Position numbers and translations under genes: made by a program
Shown here: piece by piece, positions 26,839 to 37,044 of the stretch
Layout: every line of letters starts with the position of its first letter
How positions within the stretch are numbered: position 1 is the stretch's first letter
Notes under the pieces: model-generated
The model's input: the letters and a program-made list of their open reading frames with translations, nothing else
Told to the model about the DNA's origin: nothing
The model's database searches: none
From: an uncultured Clostridia bacterium
GTDB lineage: Bacteria > Bacillota > Clostridia > Christensenellales > Borkfalkiaceae
Direction: 5' to 3'
Assembly: GCA_944328445.1 (NCBI GenBank)
Contig: CALVHO010000040.1
Location: forward strand, 8,018 to 72,017
Length of the DNA: 64,000 nt

Positions 26839-29088
26839 CTACTTTTTGCGCCGCCTGCCCGGCCGGCGCTTGGCGGGGGCGTGCCCGCCGCCCTTTTTTG
26901 CTCGGGTGCCCTTTTTCCCGCGGCCGCCCGCGGGGTGCTTGCCGCCCTTATGGGCGGGCTTTTCCGCGCCCTTGCGGGCCCTTTCGGCGGGCGCGGCGCT
27001 TTTTTGCCCCGCATTGCCGGCCGCCTCCGCGGGCAGGAAGGTGCAGCGGCGGGCGCCCACATCGCACCCCGCCACGACGATCTCCATGACGTCGCCGAGG
27101 CGGTAGGAGCGCAGCCTGCCCTGCAAGAGGGAATGCGCCTCGTCAAAGGCGTAGTCGTCGGGCGGCAGGTCCTCGATGCGGATGCGCCCCTCGACGGTGT
27201 TTTCCAGCTCCACGAACAGCGCGGAGGCCGTCACGCCCGAAACGGTGCCCGTGAACGCCTCGCCGATGTGGCCGCGCATGTAAAAGACTTTGTACAATTC
27301 GTCGACGTCGCGCTCGGCATCGTCGGCGCGGCGCTCGCATTCCGAGCAGGCCGGGCCCGCGTTTTTGACGAAGGAAGAAAAGCTCTCCGCGCGTTCCGCG
27401 TCGCCGTCTAAAATGCAGCCGAGGATGCGGTGGACGACGAGGTCGGGATAGCGGCGGATGGGCGACGTGAAATGGCAGTAGCAGCGCGACGCCAGCCCGA
27501 AGTGGCCGCCGTTTTCGGCGGAGTATTTGGCCTTGGCCATCGAGCGCAGCATGACCTTGCAGGCGGCGCTCCGCGCGGGCGTGCCCTCCAATTTTTCGAG
27601 CACGCGCGCGTAGTCCTTCGGGCGCACGTTTTCGGGGCGCAGCCCCGCGGCGACGCCCAGCCCCGCCAGGTAGGCGAGGAAGGCGGACGCCTTTTCGGCG
27701 GACGGCTTTTCGTGGACGCGGTACAAAAAGGGAAGTTTGAAGGAGGTGACGTATTCGGCCACGCATTCGTTGGCGGTGACCATGAACTCCTCGATGAGCC
27801 GTTCGGCGGGGCCGCGGGCACGCGGCGCTAAGGCGATGGCGCCGTCGCGGAGGGTGATCTCCGCTTCGGGCAGGGCCAGATCGAGCCCGCCCCGTTCCCT
27901 GCGCTTTGCCGACAGGACGTCGGCGAGGGCGCGCATGTCTTCGAGCATGGGCACGAGGGCGGCGTAGCGTTCACGCAGCGAGCCGTCCCCCGCCAGAATG
28001 GCGTTGACGGCCGCGTAGGTCATGCGGGCGGCCGAGCGGATGACGCCGCGCACGACCTCACAGCCCGTGACCTTCCCGCGCGCGTCCAGCGAAATGAGGC
28101 AGGACAGCGTGTAGCGCGGCTCCCCCTCGTTGAGCGAGCACGCGCCGTTGGAGAGCGATTCGGGCAGCATGGGCAGGACGCGGTCGGGAAAATACACGCT
28201 GGTGCCGCGGGCGTAGGCCTCGTTGTCGAGGGTGCCGCCCCGCTTTACGTAGTGCGAAACGTCGGCGATGTGCACGCCGAGGCGGTAGCCCTCCCCCGTG
28301 CGGGCGAGGGTGACGGCGTCGTCGAAGTCGCGCGAGTCGTCCCCGTCGATGGTGATGACGGTCTCGCCCGTGAAGTCTCTCCGCCGCCCCGCCACGACGG
28401 GTTCGGCGGCCGCCTTTTCGGCCTCGCGCAGGGCGGCGGGAGAAAAAGCCACGGGCAGACCGCAGGCGCGGATGGCGGCTTCCTCCTCCACGGCGAGCTC
28501 GCCGCTTTGGCCGAGGATCTCCTCCACGCTGCCTTCGGGGCTCTTGCCGTCGGGATAGGCGGTGATGCGCACGATGACCTTTTCGCCGCTCGCCGCGCGC
28601 AGGCCGCCGACGACGCGCACCTCGCCGCACAGCCGCCGCTCGTCCGGCTCGACGACGGCGCCGCGCTTGTCCCGGAAATAGGTGCCCGGAACGCGCACCA
28701 TGCCGCGGCGCACGACCGCGTACACGGCGGCCTCGTCTCCGCGGTCTCCGCCGATGAGGCGGGCCAGCACCACGTCCTTGTGCAGCGCGCCGTGCAAGGA
28801 CCTGTGCGGGATGTACCAATCGGGCCCTTCCGCGCGCTTCAAAAAGGCGAAGCCGCGTTCGCTGCCCTGCACGGTGCCGAGGACGAGGCCGAGCTTTTCG
28901 GGCGTGACGAAGCGCCCGCGCTCGTCCCGCACGATCTCGCCCCGCCCTTCGGCCTCCTCCAACAGTCGGTAGAGCGCGTCACGCCCGCCGCGGGAGGAAA
29001 CGCCGAGAAGGCGCGCGATCTCGTTCTTTTTTTTGTATTGCAGCTCGCCCGAACGGATGCGTTCCAAAAGCTCTTCGGCTGCGATCAT
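26839..29088 (-). CDS. rnr: Ribonuclease R
   Basis: TIDGDDSRDFDDA, IEEFMVTANE, HFTSPIRRYPDL, S1 domain, basic tail. Confidence 0.93.
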   Translation of the reverse strand: MIAAEELLERIRSGELQYKKKNEIARLLGVSSRGGRDALYRLLEEAEGRGEIVRDERGRFVTPEKLGLVLGTVQGSERGFAFLKRAEGPDWYIPHRSLHGALHKDVVLARLIGGDRGDEAAVYAVVRRGMVRVPGTYFRDKRGAVVEPDERRLCGEVRVVGGLRAASGEKVIVRITAYPDGKSPEGSVEEILGQSGELAVEEEAAIRACGLPVAFSPAALREAEKAAAEPVVAGRRRDFTGETVITIDGDDSRDFDDAVTLARTGEGYRLGVHIADVSHYVKRGGTLDNEAYARGTSVYFPDRVLPMLPESLSNGACSLNEGEPRYTLSCLISLDARGKVTGCEVVRGVIRSAARMTYAAVNAILAGDGSLRERYAALVPMLEDMRALADVLSAKRRERGGLDLALPEAEITLRDGAIALAPRARGPAERLIEEFMVTANECVAEYVTSFKLPFLYRVHEKPSAEKASAFLAYLAGLGVAAGLRPENVRPKDYARVLEKLEGTPARSAACKVMLRSMAKAKYSAENGGHFGLASRCYCHFTSPIRRYPDLVVHRILGCILDGDAERAESFSSFVKNAGPACSECERRADDAERDVDELYKVFYMRGHIGEAFTGTVSGVTASALFVELENTVEGRIRIEDLPPDDYAFDEAHSLLQGRLRSYRLGDVMEIVVAGCDVGARRCTFLPAEAAGNAGQKSAAPAERARKGAEKPAHKGGKHPAGGRGKKGTRAKKGGGHAPAKRRPGRRRKK

Positions 29089-29227
29089 GCGCCCTCCCTT
29101 TGCCCCGCGCCGTCCGCGGGGCGGTACGGCCGCACAGAGACCGCGGCCGACTTCCTTGAAATAACATTATAAACAAAGGCGGCTATTCCTGGAATAACCG
29201 CCCTTTCCCGTCGTAAAACGCTTGCTA

Positions 29228-29566
29228 TTAGCCGGTGATGCCCCACACCGCGTTGAGCTGCAAAATGAAGAACACGATGGCCAGCACTGCCAGCGTGATG
29301 AGGCAGATGATGGTCCACCTCTTCATCTTGCTCTCCATCGAGCGGCCCTTGTTCTTGCCGAAGAAGGTCTCGCTCGAACCGCCGAGGGCGTCGATACCGG
29401 TCGAGTTGCCGGGCTGGAAGAGCACGATGACGATGGCCGCCACCGCACAGATCAGCATCGCGATCAACAAGATCAGGCAGATGATATGGTATGCCAATTC
29501 GGACGCTTCCGAATTGAAGGCCCCGCCGATCAGCAGGCCGGACAACATTCGCATCGACTCGAACAT
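29228..29566 (-). CDS. secG: Preprotein translocase subunit SecG (start uncertain)
   Basis: Two TM helices flanking LFQPGNSTG...ETFFGKNKGR; position upstream of rnr. Confidence 0.85.
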   Translation of the reverse strand: MFESMRMLSGLLIGGAFNSEASELAYHIICLILLIAMLICAVAAIVIVLFQPGNSTGIDALGGSSETFFGKNKGRSMESKMKRWTIICLITLAVLAIVFFILQLNAVWGITG

Positions 29567-29627
29567 CTTTTACTCCAAGCAATGATTTCCAGCGCCGTGC
29601 CGTACCATAACGGCATACAGCCTATAC

Positions 29628-29656
29628 AGTATACCATACCGCGCGGGATTTTTCAA
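29628..29656 (-). promoter_or_regulatory. Sigma-A promoter of secG-rnr-GNAT-smpB
   Basis: TTGAAA-17-TATACT with TG extension. Confidence 0.6.
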
Positions 29657-29721
29657 CCGTTTTTTTGCGCGTGAACAAACTTTTTCGCGGCGGCGCGAAC
29701 TTTTTTGGCGTTTTGCGCCGC

Positions 29722-31260
29722 TCAGCGCACGATCAGGCTCTTGCCCGTCATCTCGGCGGGCACGGGGATGCCCATCATGTCCAACAAGGTGGGCGCGAGG
29801 TCGGCAAGCACGCCGCCTTCGCGCAGTTTCACGCCTTTGAGCGCGTCGCACACCAGCACGACGGGCACGGGGTTGGTGGTGTGCGCGGTGAAGGGCGAAC
29901 CGTCCTCGGCGATCATCTTGTCCGCGTTGCCGTGGTCGGCCGTGAGCAGCGCGCCGCCGCCCATCTCCAAGATCTTTTTGAGGACGCGGTCCACGCATTC
30001 GTCGACGGCGGCCACGGCCTTTTCGGCCGCTTCCAGAACGCCCGTGTGGCCGACCATGTCGCAGTTGGCGAAGTTGAGGATCATCGCGTCGTACTCGCCC
30101 GTGGAGAGCTGCTCGATGACCTTGTCCGTCACCTCGTAGGCGCTCATTTCGGGTTTGAGATCGTAGGTGGCCACCTTGGGGGAAGGCACCAGCACGCGCA
30201 CCTCGTTCGGGTTGGGCGCCTCCACGCCGCCGTTGAAGAAGAAGGTGACGTGCGCGTACTTCTCCGTTTCGGCGATGCGCAGCTGTTTTTTGCCCAAGGA
30301 CGCGAGGTATTCGCCGAGGGTGTTTTTCAGGCTCTGCGGCTTGAACGCGACCCGCACGTGGGAGAAGGTGGCGTCGTACTGCGTGAAGCAGACGTAATCG
30401 GGCGCGAGGTAGCCCGTTTTGCGTTCAAAGCCGTCAAAATCGGGCTCGGTGAAGGCGCGGGTGATCTCGCGGGCGCGGTCGGGGCGGAAGTTGAAGAACA
30501 CGACGCTGTCCCCCTCCTCGACGAGCGCCACGGGCTTGCCGCCTTTGACGACGTTGGTGGGCAGGATAAATTCGTCGGTGACGTCCTTTTTATAGGACTC
30601 TTCGATGGCGGCGGCGGGGTCCTCGGCGGGGATGCCGTTGCCGAGGGTGAGCATCTCATAGGCTTTGGAGACGCGCTCCCAGCGGTTGTCACGGTCCATG
30701 GCGTAATAGCGGCCGCACACCGAGGCGACGGTGCCGAAGGAGAGCTTGTCCATCTCTTTTTGCAGGTCGCGCACGAAGCCCGCGCCCGAGGTGGGAGATA
30801 CGTCTCGCCCGTCCATGAAGCAGTGCACGTAGGCGTTTTCCAGCCCCTGCCGCTTGCACATTTCCAGCAGCGCGTACAGGTGGGTGTTGTGGCTGTGCAC
30901 GCCGCCGTCGGACAACAGCCCCCAGATGTGCAGCTTTTTGCCCTTTTGTTTGGCGCTGTTCATCGCCCAGAGCAGCGCTTCGTTTTCAAAAAACTCGCCG
31001 TCTTGGATCTCTTTGGTGATCTTGGTAAGTTCCTGGTAGACGATGCGGCCGGCACCCATGTTCAGGTGCCCCACTTCGGAGTTGCCCATCTGCCCGTCGG
31101 GAAGCCCCACGCTCATGCCCGAAGCGCCCAGCTGCGAAGAAGGGTACTCGCGCTCGTAGCGCTTGACGTTGGGGCTGCCTTCCAGCTCGATGGCGTTGCC
31201 CTCTTTGCTTTGGTTTATGCCGTAGCCGTCCATGATGACGATCGCATAAGGTTTTTTCAT
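29722..31260 (-). CDS. gpmI: 2,3-bisphosphoglycerate-independent phosphoglycerate mutase
   Basis: MDGYG, GQMGNSEVGH, ETEKYAHVT, DMVGHTG, TADHGN. Confidence 0.96.
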   Translation of the reverse strand: MKKPYAIVIMDGYGINQSKEGNAIELEGSPNVKRYEREYPSSQLGASGMSVGLPDGQMGNSEVGHLNMGAGRIVYQELTKITKEIQDGEFFENEALLWAMNSAKQKGKKLHIWGLLSDGGVHSHNTHLYALLEMCKRQGLENAYVHCFMDGRDVSPTSGAGFVRDLQKEMDKLSFGTVASVCGRYYAMDRDNRWERVSKAYEMLTLGNGIPAEDPAAAIEESYKKDVTDEFILPTNVVKGGKPVALVEEGDSVVFFNFRPDRAREITRAFTEPDFDGFERKTGYLAPDYVCFTQYDATFSHVRVAFKPQSLKNTLGEYLASLGKKQLRIAETEKYAHVTFFFNGGVEAPNPNEVRVLVPSPKVATYDLKPEMSAYEVTDKVIEQLSTGEYDAMILNFANCDMVGHTGVLEAAEKAVAAVDECVDRVLKKILEMGGGALLTADHGNADKMIAEDGSPFTAHTTNPVPVVLVCDALKGVKLREGGVLADLAPTLLDMMGIPVPAEMTGKSLIVR

Positions 31261-31437
31261 GCATGTGCCCTCGCTGTTTTATTCCTTATCTATTATAGCG
31301 CAACGGGCGCCGTTTTGCAACTTTCCGAAGGCGCACGTCCAAATTTTTCGGCGACGTTCCCGCAAAACGGTGTGTGAACGTTTCGCTGTCTAATCGATAA
31401 AAAAGTAACGATTTATGGTTTTTATTGGAATATTTGC

Positions 31438-31466
31438 TTGACAAGAAAGGCACAACGTGCTATATT
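31438..31466 (+). promoter_or_regulatory. Sigma-A promoter of the XRE pair
   Basis: TTGACA-17-TATATT. Confidence 0.6.
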
Positions 31467-31538
31467 ATGTGCAGGTATACGCAATATGATATTTTTGCGC
31501 TGTAATGACAGAGTGCAAAGTTTTGTTGCGGGGAAAGT

Positions 31539-31772
31539 ATGGGTAAAGCTGAATTGTACGCGAAAGCGATCCGCCATCGCTTGCAGGAAGCCATCCGTTC
31601 CTGCGGGATGAGCCAAAAAGAGATCGCCAAACAGACGGGCATCAGCCCTTCCACTGTGAGCAAATATGCCCGCATGGAAAAAACACCTTCCATCGATACA
31701 TTCGCGCAGCTGTGCCGCGTGCTCGGCGTTTCTTCCGATGCGATCCTCGGTCTGGACCGCGGCGGGGAATGA
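31539..31772 (+). CDS. XRE-family HTH protein
   Basis: SQKEIAKQTGISPSTVSKY..PSIDTF..LC.VLGVS. Confidence 0.85.
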   Translation: MGKAELYAKAIRHRLQEAIRSCGMSQKEIAKQTGISPSTVSKYARMEKTPSIDTFAQLCRVLGVSSDAILGLDRGGE

Positions 31773-31864
31773 ACGTGCACCGTACAGCGGCGGATCGTCA
31801 TCAAGCTCGGCGACCGCCACGGCCCCTGCCGCGGTAATCCACAGCGCCGAAAAAGAGTTGTATT

Positions 31865-32188
31865 ATGTTTTCCAAGATCCTCAAAACCATGCGTAAAGAG
31901 AACGACACGACGCAGGTCGAACTGGCCGAAAAGCTCGGCGTCAAGCAGTCCACCGTCAGCAGCTGGGAGATCGGCCGCTCGCGCCCGACGTTTGAACAGG
32001 TGATCGAGATCTCCAACATCTTCGGTTGCTCTACCGATTATCTCCTCGGCAAGTCTGACAACGACAACAACTACGTCTACACCGACAACAAGACGCTGCA
32101 AAACTTCTACGTCGATTTCAGCAAGCTGTCCAAGACCGAGCAGCAATTCCTCGTCAAGGCCGTCAAGGCGTACGTCGAACAGAAATAA
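31865..32188 (+). CDS. XRE-family HTH regulator
   Basis: TQVELAEKLGVKQSTVSSWEIGRSRP...STDYLLG. Confidence 0.9.
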   Translation: MFSKILKTMRKENDTTQVELAEKLGVKQSTVSSWEIGRSRPTFEQVIEISNIFGCSTDYLLGKSDNDNNYVYTDNKTLQNFYVDFSKLSKTEQQFLVKAVKAYVEQK

Positions 32189-32312
32189 CTTTCTCCGACG
32201 GGAACACGGTGCGCGCCTCCGCGGCGCCCCTCCCCTGCCCGCACCCGAACAGAGCGCGGGCGTGTTTCCTTTCCAAATAGTTAACACGATTAACTATTAA
32301 CGGTATAAATAT

Positions 32313-32340
32313 CCGCCGCACCGATGGTGCGGCGGTTTTT
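32313..32340 (+). terminator. Rho-independent terminator
   Basis: CCGCCGCACC-GAT-GGTGCGGCGG-TTTTT. Confidence 0.8.
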
Positions 32341-32347
32341 GGTTGCA

Positions 32348-32872
32348 AGCAGAATGCAGAATGTAAAATGTAGAGTGTAGAATTGAGGAAGGATCCCCTG
32401 CCGCCGAGGGGCCTCATGGCGGGCTCGGGCGAATGTAGAATGTAGAGTGTAGAGTGTAGAATTGAGGAAATAATCTATATTCACAAAAACCGCGGGCTGA
32501 TGCGTGCCGAATGTAGAGTGTAGAATGTAGAGTGTAGAATGTAGAGTGTAGAATGTAGAATGTAGAATTGAGGATGTATCATTATGTCATCCCGAGCCTG
32601 CCGAGGGATCTCATTGTCGGGCCTTCCTGTGGGCGGGCAAGTGAGATCCTTCGACTGCGCTTCGCTCCGCTCAGGATGACAGAGCGGTGCGCCCTCTCTC
32701 TGTCATCCCGAGCTTGCCGAGGGATCTCATTGGCGGGCTCGGGCGAATGTAGAATGTAGAGTGTAGAGTGTAGAATTGAGGACAAAACTTATATCATCCC
32801 GAGCCCGACACAAGGCGCCCAGGCGGGCGTTTGCGAATGTAGAATGTAGAGTGTAGAGTGTAGAATTGAGGA
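32348..32872. repeat. Composite repeat locus: five heptamer arrays + REP-like palindromes
   Basis: Arrays of TGTAGA(A/G) ending AATTGAGGA; GAGATCCTTCGACTGCGCTTCGCTCCGCTCAGGATGACA identical to the copy near 22735. Confidence 0.9.
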
Positions 32873-32931
32873 ATGCCCCCTTAAAACCCTTTTCGGGTAG
32901 TAAGGGGGCAGAATGTGGGCCGATGAAGGCG

Positions 32932-35301
32932 TTACCGTTTGGCGACGGCTGCCGCGCGCATGGCTTTGAGGACGGCATCGGCAATGGCGCTCATGCCGCG
33001 GGCGCCCGGGTGGAGGGTCTGCGTCGTGTCCGCGCCGAAATAGTCCTCCATGTTTTCCTCGGTGATGCCGCTGTCGCGGTAGAGGTCGGCCACATCGTAC
33101 CCGAAACGGAGCGCCAGGGCGCGGATGATGTTGTTGAACTCTTCCAGCGCCACCACGCCGCCCTCGCGCATGCAGCCGTTGGGCAGCAGCGTGCAGCAGA
33201 ACACCTCGGCATCGGGGTAACGGTTTTGGATCTTATCCAGCATCACGGCGTAGTAATCGGCAAAGGTATCGGGGTCGCCGTAGCCGCTTTCTTGGATGAG
33301 CGCGCCCCAATCGATCTCGTCGACGGCGCCGGGATCCAAATAGTACCCGTCGTTTTGCGCATACGCATTGAAGTTGTTGATGCCGATGTACACGACGATG
33401 ACGTCGGGATCTTTTCCGCTATTGACGCCCGCGTCCGCGTGCAGCTGCACGCAGCGGTCCAGCACCCTCCGACCGAAACGGTCGCCCGACCAGGCGTTGT
33501 CGACGAGCACGTTCATGCCCGCCGCGTCCGCCACCTTTTTCCACCAGGTATCGCGCACGTCGTACACGTCAAAAGTATTCACGTTCCCATAATACAATAC
33601 ATTGTCCCCGATGGTGCTGTTGGTATCGGGGTTGTTGGAATAACCGGGATAGGTGGAGATGCTGTCCCCGAGGATGGAGACGTATTTGCCCGCGTACGCC
33701 GCCGCAAACTCCGCCTCCTCCAAGGCCTGCCAATGCTCGGCAAAGGAATGCGCTTCGCCCATGCCGTATTCGTAGTAAATGTCGAACACGAGGTTGTCTT
33801 CATTATTGGGGGCGCCATCGTTGAGGAGGAATTGCCCCTCCGCAAAGCCTCCCCACGCTTTGTAGCCCCATACCACCGTGTCCCCCGACACGCCGACGGC
33901 CAGGCGCTCGTCCTCTCCGCACTCGATGCGGCAGTCTACGTACACGTATTCGTTCGTGAAATTTTCGTGCGGGAGGTGCAGTTCGTATTTTTCGACGTAG
34001 TTGTTTGCGAAATCGCTTTTCTGCGAGACTTTGACCTTGTAGACGGTGACGACGGGGCAGGCGGCTTCGTTCACGCTCTTGACGGGGATACCGATGCGCG
34101 TGATGGTTTTGCCCGCGAACAGGTCCTCGTCCGCATAGGCAAAGGGCGCCACGCCGTAGGCGACATCGCTCAGCGCGCCCACTTCGCCCGCATCCTCTCG
34201 GATATCCGGATACAGCGGCGCGCTGCCCGCGGCGTAAAACTCGGCGCGGACCTGCACCGCGAGGGTATCCGCGAGGCCGTTCTGCTCGCTGAGGACGCCT
34301 GCGGACAGCCTGGCAAAGTTGCCGTCCTCGTCGTCTGCGGGAACGGAAGGCGCGTAATACAGGCCCACCGAGCCGCTGCCGCCGAGCACGAGCGTTTCGT
34401 CCGCGGCGACTGTGAGGCGGAGCCCGATGGTGTTGGCCCCCTCGCTCACGGTATAGGCCTGCGTGTTTGCCTCGGCCGTTTGGGCGGCGACGTCCGCCAC
34501 CTTGGCGGTGCCGATGTGCAGCTGCCCCGCGCTTTGGGCGATGACCCGCAGCTCGGTGACGATGGTGTTGCCGTACTGCGTGCGCTGCGACGCGGGCATG
34601 TACCCCGCCCAGAGCGCGACGGGATCGGAGGAGAGGTCGAGATACCCGCCCGGGTAGTACTTGCTCATGGTGCCTTCGAGCCCGAGGGTGCTTTCGGCCA
34701 CATCCTCGCCCAAAGACGAGCCCGCCGCGTATTCCGTGCGCTCGGCGCCGTTCCAGAAATACCCGTCGTACCCGACGTAGAGGGTCTGGCCGTCTTCGCC
34801 GTCCTCGCCGTCCTCACCGTCCTGGCCGTCCTGGCCCGCGGGGCCCTGCGGGCCTTGGAGGCCCGTATCGCCCTGGTCGCCCTTGTCGCCCTGCGCGCCC
34901 TTGATGTTGCCGATCTTCTCCCAGCCGCTCTCGCCGCGCCGGTAGAGATCGTAAGTCTGCGTGTCGAGGTAAAAATCGCCGACGGCGCCCGCCGTGCCCG
35001 TCGAAGGCACGCCCGCGCCCGTGTACCACGCTGCGCCGTTTTGGCCGTCCTGGCCGTCCTGGCCGTCCTGGCCCGCGGGACCCTGTTCGCCCGCGGGGCC
35101 CTGCGGGCCCGTATCGCCCTTGTCGCCCTTGTCGCCCTTTTCACCCTGTTCGCCTTGGATGCCCTGCTCGCCCTGCGGGCCTTGGGGGCCGGCGGGGCCC
35201 TGCGTTTCGTCGCAGGCGGCAAACAGGGCCGCGCAGCAAAGCAAAACGGCCGCCAGCAACACGACGGCGACGCGCTTACAGATCTTTTGCAGTGTGGTCA
35301 T
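32932..35301 (-). CDS. Lipoprotein with collagen-like repeats and C-terminal SGNH/GDSL hydrolase
   Basis: Lipobox LFAAC; two Gly-X-Y runs; SGNH blocks GDSIS, NAWSG, GINN, TLHP; start at MTTLQK after GGAGG. Confidence 0.82.
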   Translation of the reverse strand: MTTLQKICKRVAVVLLAAVLLCCAALFAACDETQGPAGPQGPQGEQGIQGEQGEKGDKGDKGDTGPQGPAGEQGPAGQDGQDGQDGQNGAAWYTGAGVPSTGTAGAVGDFYLDTQTYDLYRRGESGWEKIGNIKGAQGDKGDQGDTGLQGPQGPAGQDGQDGEDGEDGEDGQTLYVGYDGYFWNGAERTEYAAGSSLGEDVAESTLGLEGTMSKYYPGGYLDLSSDPVALWAGYMPASQRTQYGNTIVTELRVIAQSAGQLHIGTAKVADVAAQTAEANTQAYTVSEGANTIGLRLTVAADETLVLGGSGSVGLYYAPSVPADDEDGNFARLSAGVLSEQNGLADTLAVQVRAEFYAAGSAPLYPDIREDAGEVGALSDVAYGVAPFAYADEDLFAGKTITRIGIPVKSVNEAACPVVTVYKVKVSQKSDFANNYVEKYELHLPHENFTNEYVYVDCRIECGEDERLAVGVSGDTVVWGYKAWGGFAEGQFLLNDGAPNNEDNLVFDIYYEYGMGEAHSFAEHWQALEEAEFAAAYAGKYVSILGDSISTYPGYSNNPDTNSTIGDNVLYYGNVNTFDVYDVRDTWWKKVADAAGMNVLVDNAWSGDRFGRRVLDRCVQLHADAGVNSGKDPDVIVVYIGINNFNAYAQNDGYYLDPGAVDEIDWGALIQESGYGDPDTFADYYAVMLDKIQNRYPDAEVFCCTLLPNGCMREGGVVALEEFNNIIRALALRFGYDVADLYRDSGITEENMEDYFGADTTQTLHPGARGMSAIADAVLKAMRAAAVAKR

Positions 35302-35480
35302 ACTTTCCTCCATACCAAAAACGCCGCGGGGCCCGAAGACGGGAGGATGTTCCCGCAGCTTTCCTTATTATTATAACGCAAAACAGGCGCCCCGTAAATG
35401 GACGCCTGTAACCGCTCAATGGAATTTTGTTAGAAAATCCCCGCCGCGGGCCGCGGCGGGGAGCTTGGTTTTGTAACGGC

Positions 35481-36227
35481 TTACTTGTCGTAATTGACGA
35501 TGAAGGCGAAGTCCTCCGCTTTGAGGGAGGCGCCGCCGATGAGGCCGCCGTCGATCTCGGGCATGGCCATCAGGTCCTTGCAGTTTTTGGCGTTCATGCT
35601 GCCGCCGTACTGGATGCGCACCTTTGCGGCGCAGGCGGGGCAGAACACCTCGGCGCACTTTTTGCGGATGAAGCCGATGGTCTCATTCGCCTGTTCGGAC
35701 GTGGCTGTTTTGCCCGTGCCGATGGCCCAGACGGGCTCGTAGGCGATGACGATCTTGGAAACGTCGTCCAGGCCTTTGAGGCCTTCGGCGATCTGCACGG
35801 CGAGCACTTCCTCGGTCTTGCCCGTCTCGCGCTGTTCGAGCGTTTCGCCCACGCAGACGATGGGCGTGAGCCCCGCCGCCAGCGCCGCGTGCATGCGCTT
35901 GTTCACCGTTTCATCCGTCTCGCCGAAGTACTGGCGCCGTTCGCTGTGGCCGATGATGACGTACTCCACGCCGAACTCTTTGAGCATCGCCGCCGAGATC
36001 TCGCCCGTGTAGGCGCCCTTTTCGGCAAAGTGCACGTTCTGCGCGCCGAGCTTGACGTTGCTCCCCTTGACCGCCGCGGAAACGGCGGGGATGGCCGTGA
36101 ACGGAACGCACACGACGACGTCGCACGAGGCGTCTTTGACCAGCGGTTTGAGCGCCTCGACGAGGGCCGCGCCCTCGGCGGCGGTGTTGTTCATCTTCCA
36201 GTTGCCTGCAATGATGGCCTTACGCAT
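35481..36227 (-). CDS. tpiA: Triosephosphate isomerase
   Basis: [35 protein letters not shown]. Confidence 0.98.
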   Translation of the reverse strand: MRKAIIAGNWKMNNTAAEGAALVEALKPLVKDASCDVVVCVPFTAIPAVSAAVKGSNVKLGAQNVHFAEKGAYTGEISAAMLKEFGVEYVIIGHSERRQYFGETDETVNKRMHAALAAGLTPIVCVGETLEQRETGKTEEVLAVQIAEGLKGLDDVSKIVIAYEPVWAIGTGKTATSEQANETIGFIRKKCAEVFCPACAAKVRIQYGGSMNAKNCKDLMAMPEIDGGLIGGASLKAEDFAFIVNYDK

Positions 36228-36244
36228 ATGTTGTCTCCCGAAAT

Positions 36245-36480
36245 GCAGAAATAATGTAGAATGTAAAATGTAGAGTGTAGAATTTAGGACAAATCCTATA
36301 ATCTACTGCGCGCGCAAAAATCACACTTTTTGCAAGCGCACCCGCGGCTCCGCACGAGGCCGGTTTCTCGCGGCCGCCCGTACGGGCAGCCGCTCGCTTC
36401 CGCCTCGGCTCCGCCTCTTTCTTCACAAAAATCTCGGGCTGCGCCCTGCGATTTTTCGTGAGGCTGAGGACAAAAAGTTT
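36245..36480. repeat. Heptamer array plus inverted copy of the 22945-23063 module
   Basis: TGTAGAATGTAAAATGTAGAGTGTAGAATTTAGGA; 36345-36477 is the reverse complement of 22945-23063 and ends GAGGCTGAGGACAAAAAG. Confidence 0.85.
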
Positions 36481-36499
36481 TTATTTTTTATAACTTTCT

Positions 36500-36910
36500 G
36501 CGCGTGGCAAAACCACGCTTTTGCCTAAGCGCCCTCAATTTGCCGAAAACTTTCGGCCAAGGGAAAGGGGTGAAGCCGCGGCATTTTTATAATAGGTGTG
36601 CCCCAAAAGATGCCGCGGCGAGGGGAAAAACGCCGCAGAGCGTAAGCGAACGGCGGTTGTCCCCTCAAAATCACGACTTTTTCTTTTGTCAGCTCAAAAG
36701 AAAAAGTGTGAACACGTTAGGGCACCCTGAAAAAGCGGAAATCACACTTTTCGCTTTTTCACCTTGCGCCGCAAAGCGGCGAACGGATGGGGTGAACGCG
36801 CGCGATTTATAGACTTTGAAGCCGAAATACATCGCGCGCGGAGGGGAAAGCCGCTCGGGTTTCCCCTCCGACTCGCGCAAACCGCAGCATCTCTTTTGCG
36901 AGGTTTGCGC
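36500..36910 (+). repeat. Five-hairpin structured repeat, copies 1 (36500-36714) and 4 (36728-36910) in tandem
   Basis: Same linker motifs and hairpin order as 58524-58747 and 24186-24404. Confidence 0.8.
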
Positions 36911-37044
36911 AAAATTCTTTTCGGCAAGCAGCCGCCCGCAAGACGAGGAAGGCAAGCCCCTGCAAGGGGAGCGTATACAGACATACGTGACCCGCGCAGG
37001 GGCGACGCCTGACACTGTATTGCGGGATGGATGCGAACCGAAAA

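Noticed and set aside
32348-32872. CRISPR array (conserved ~35-45 nt units with variable spacers)
   Set aside because: Unit length varies with heptamer number, spacers range from about 35 to 170 nt and are themselves repeats, and no cas genes are present.
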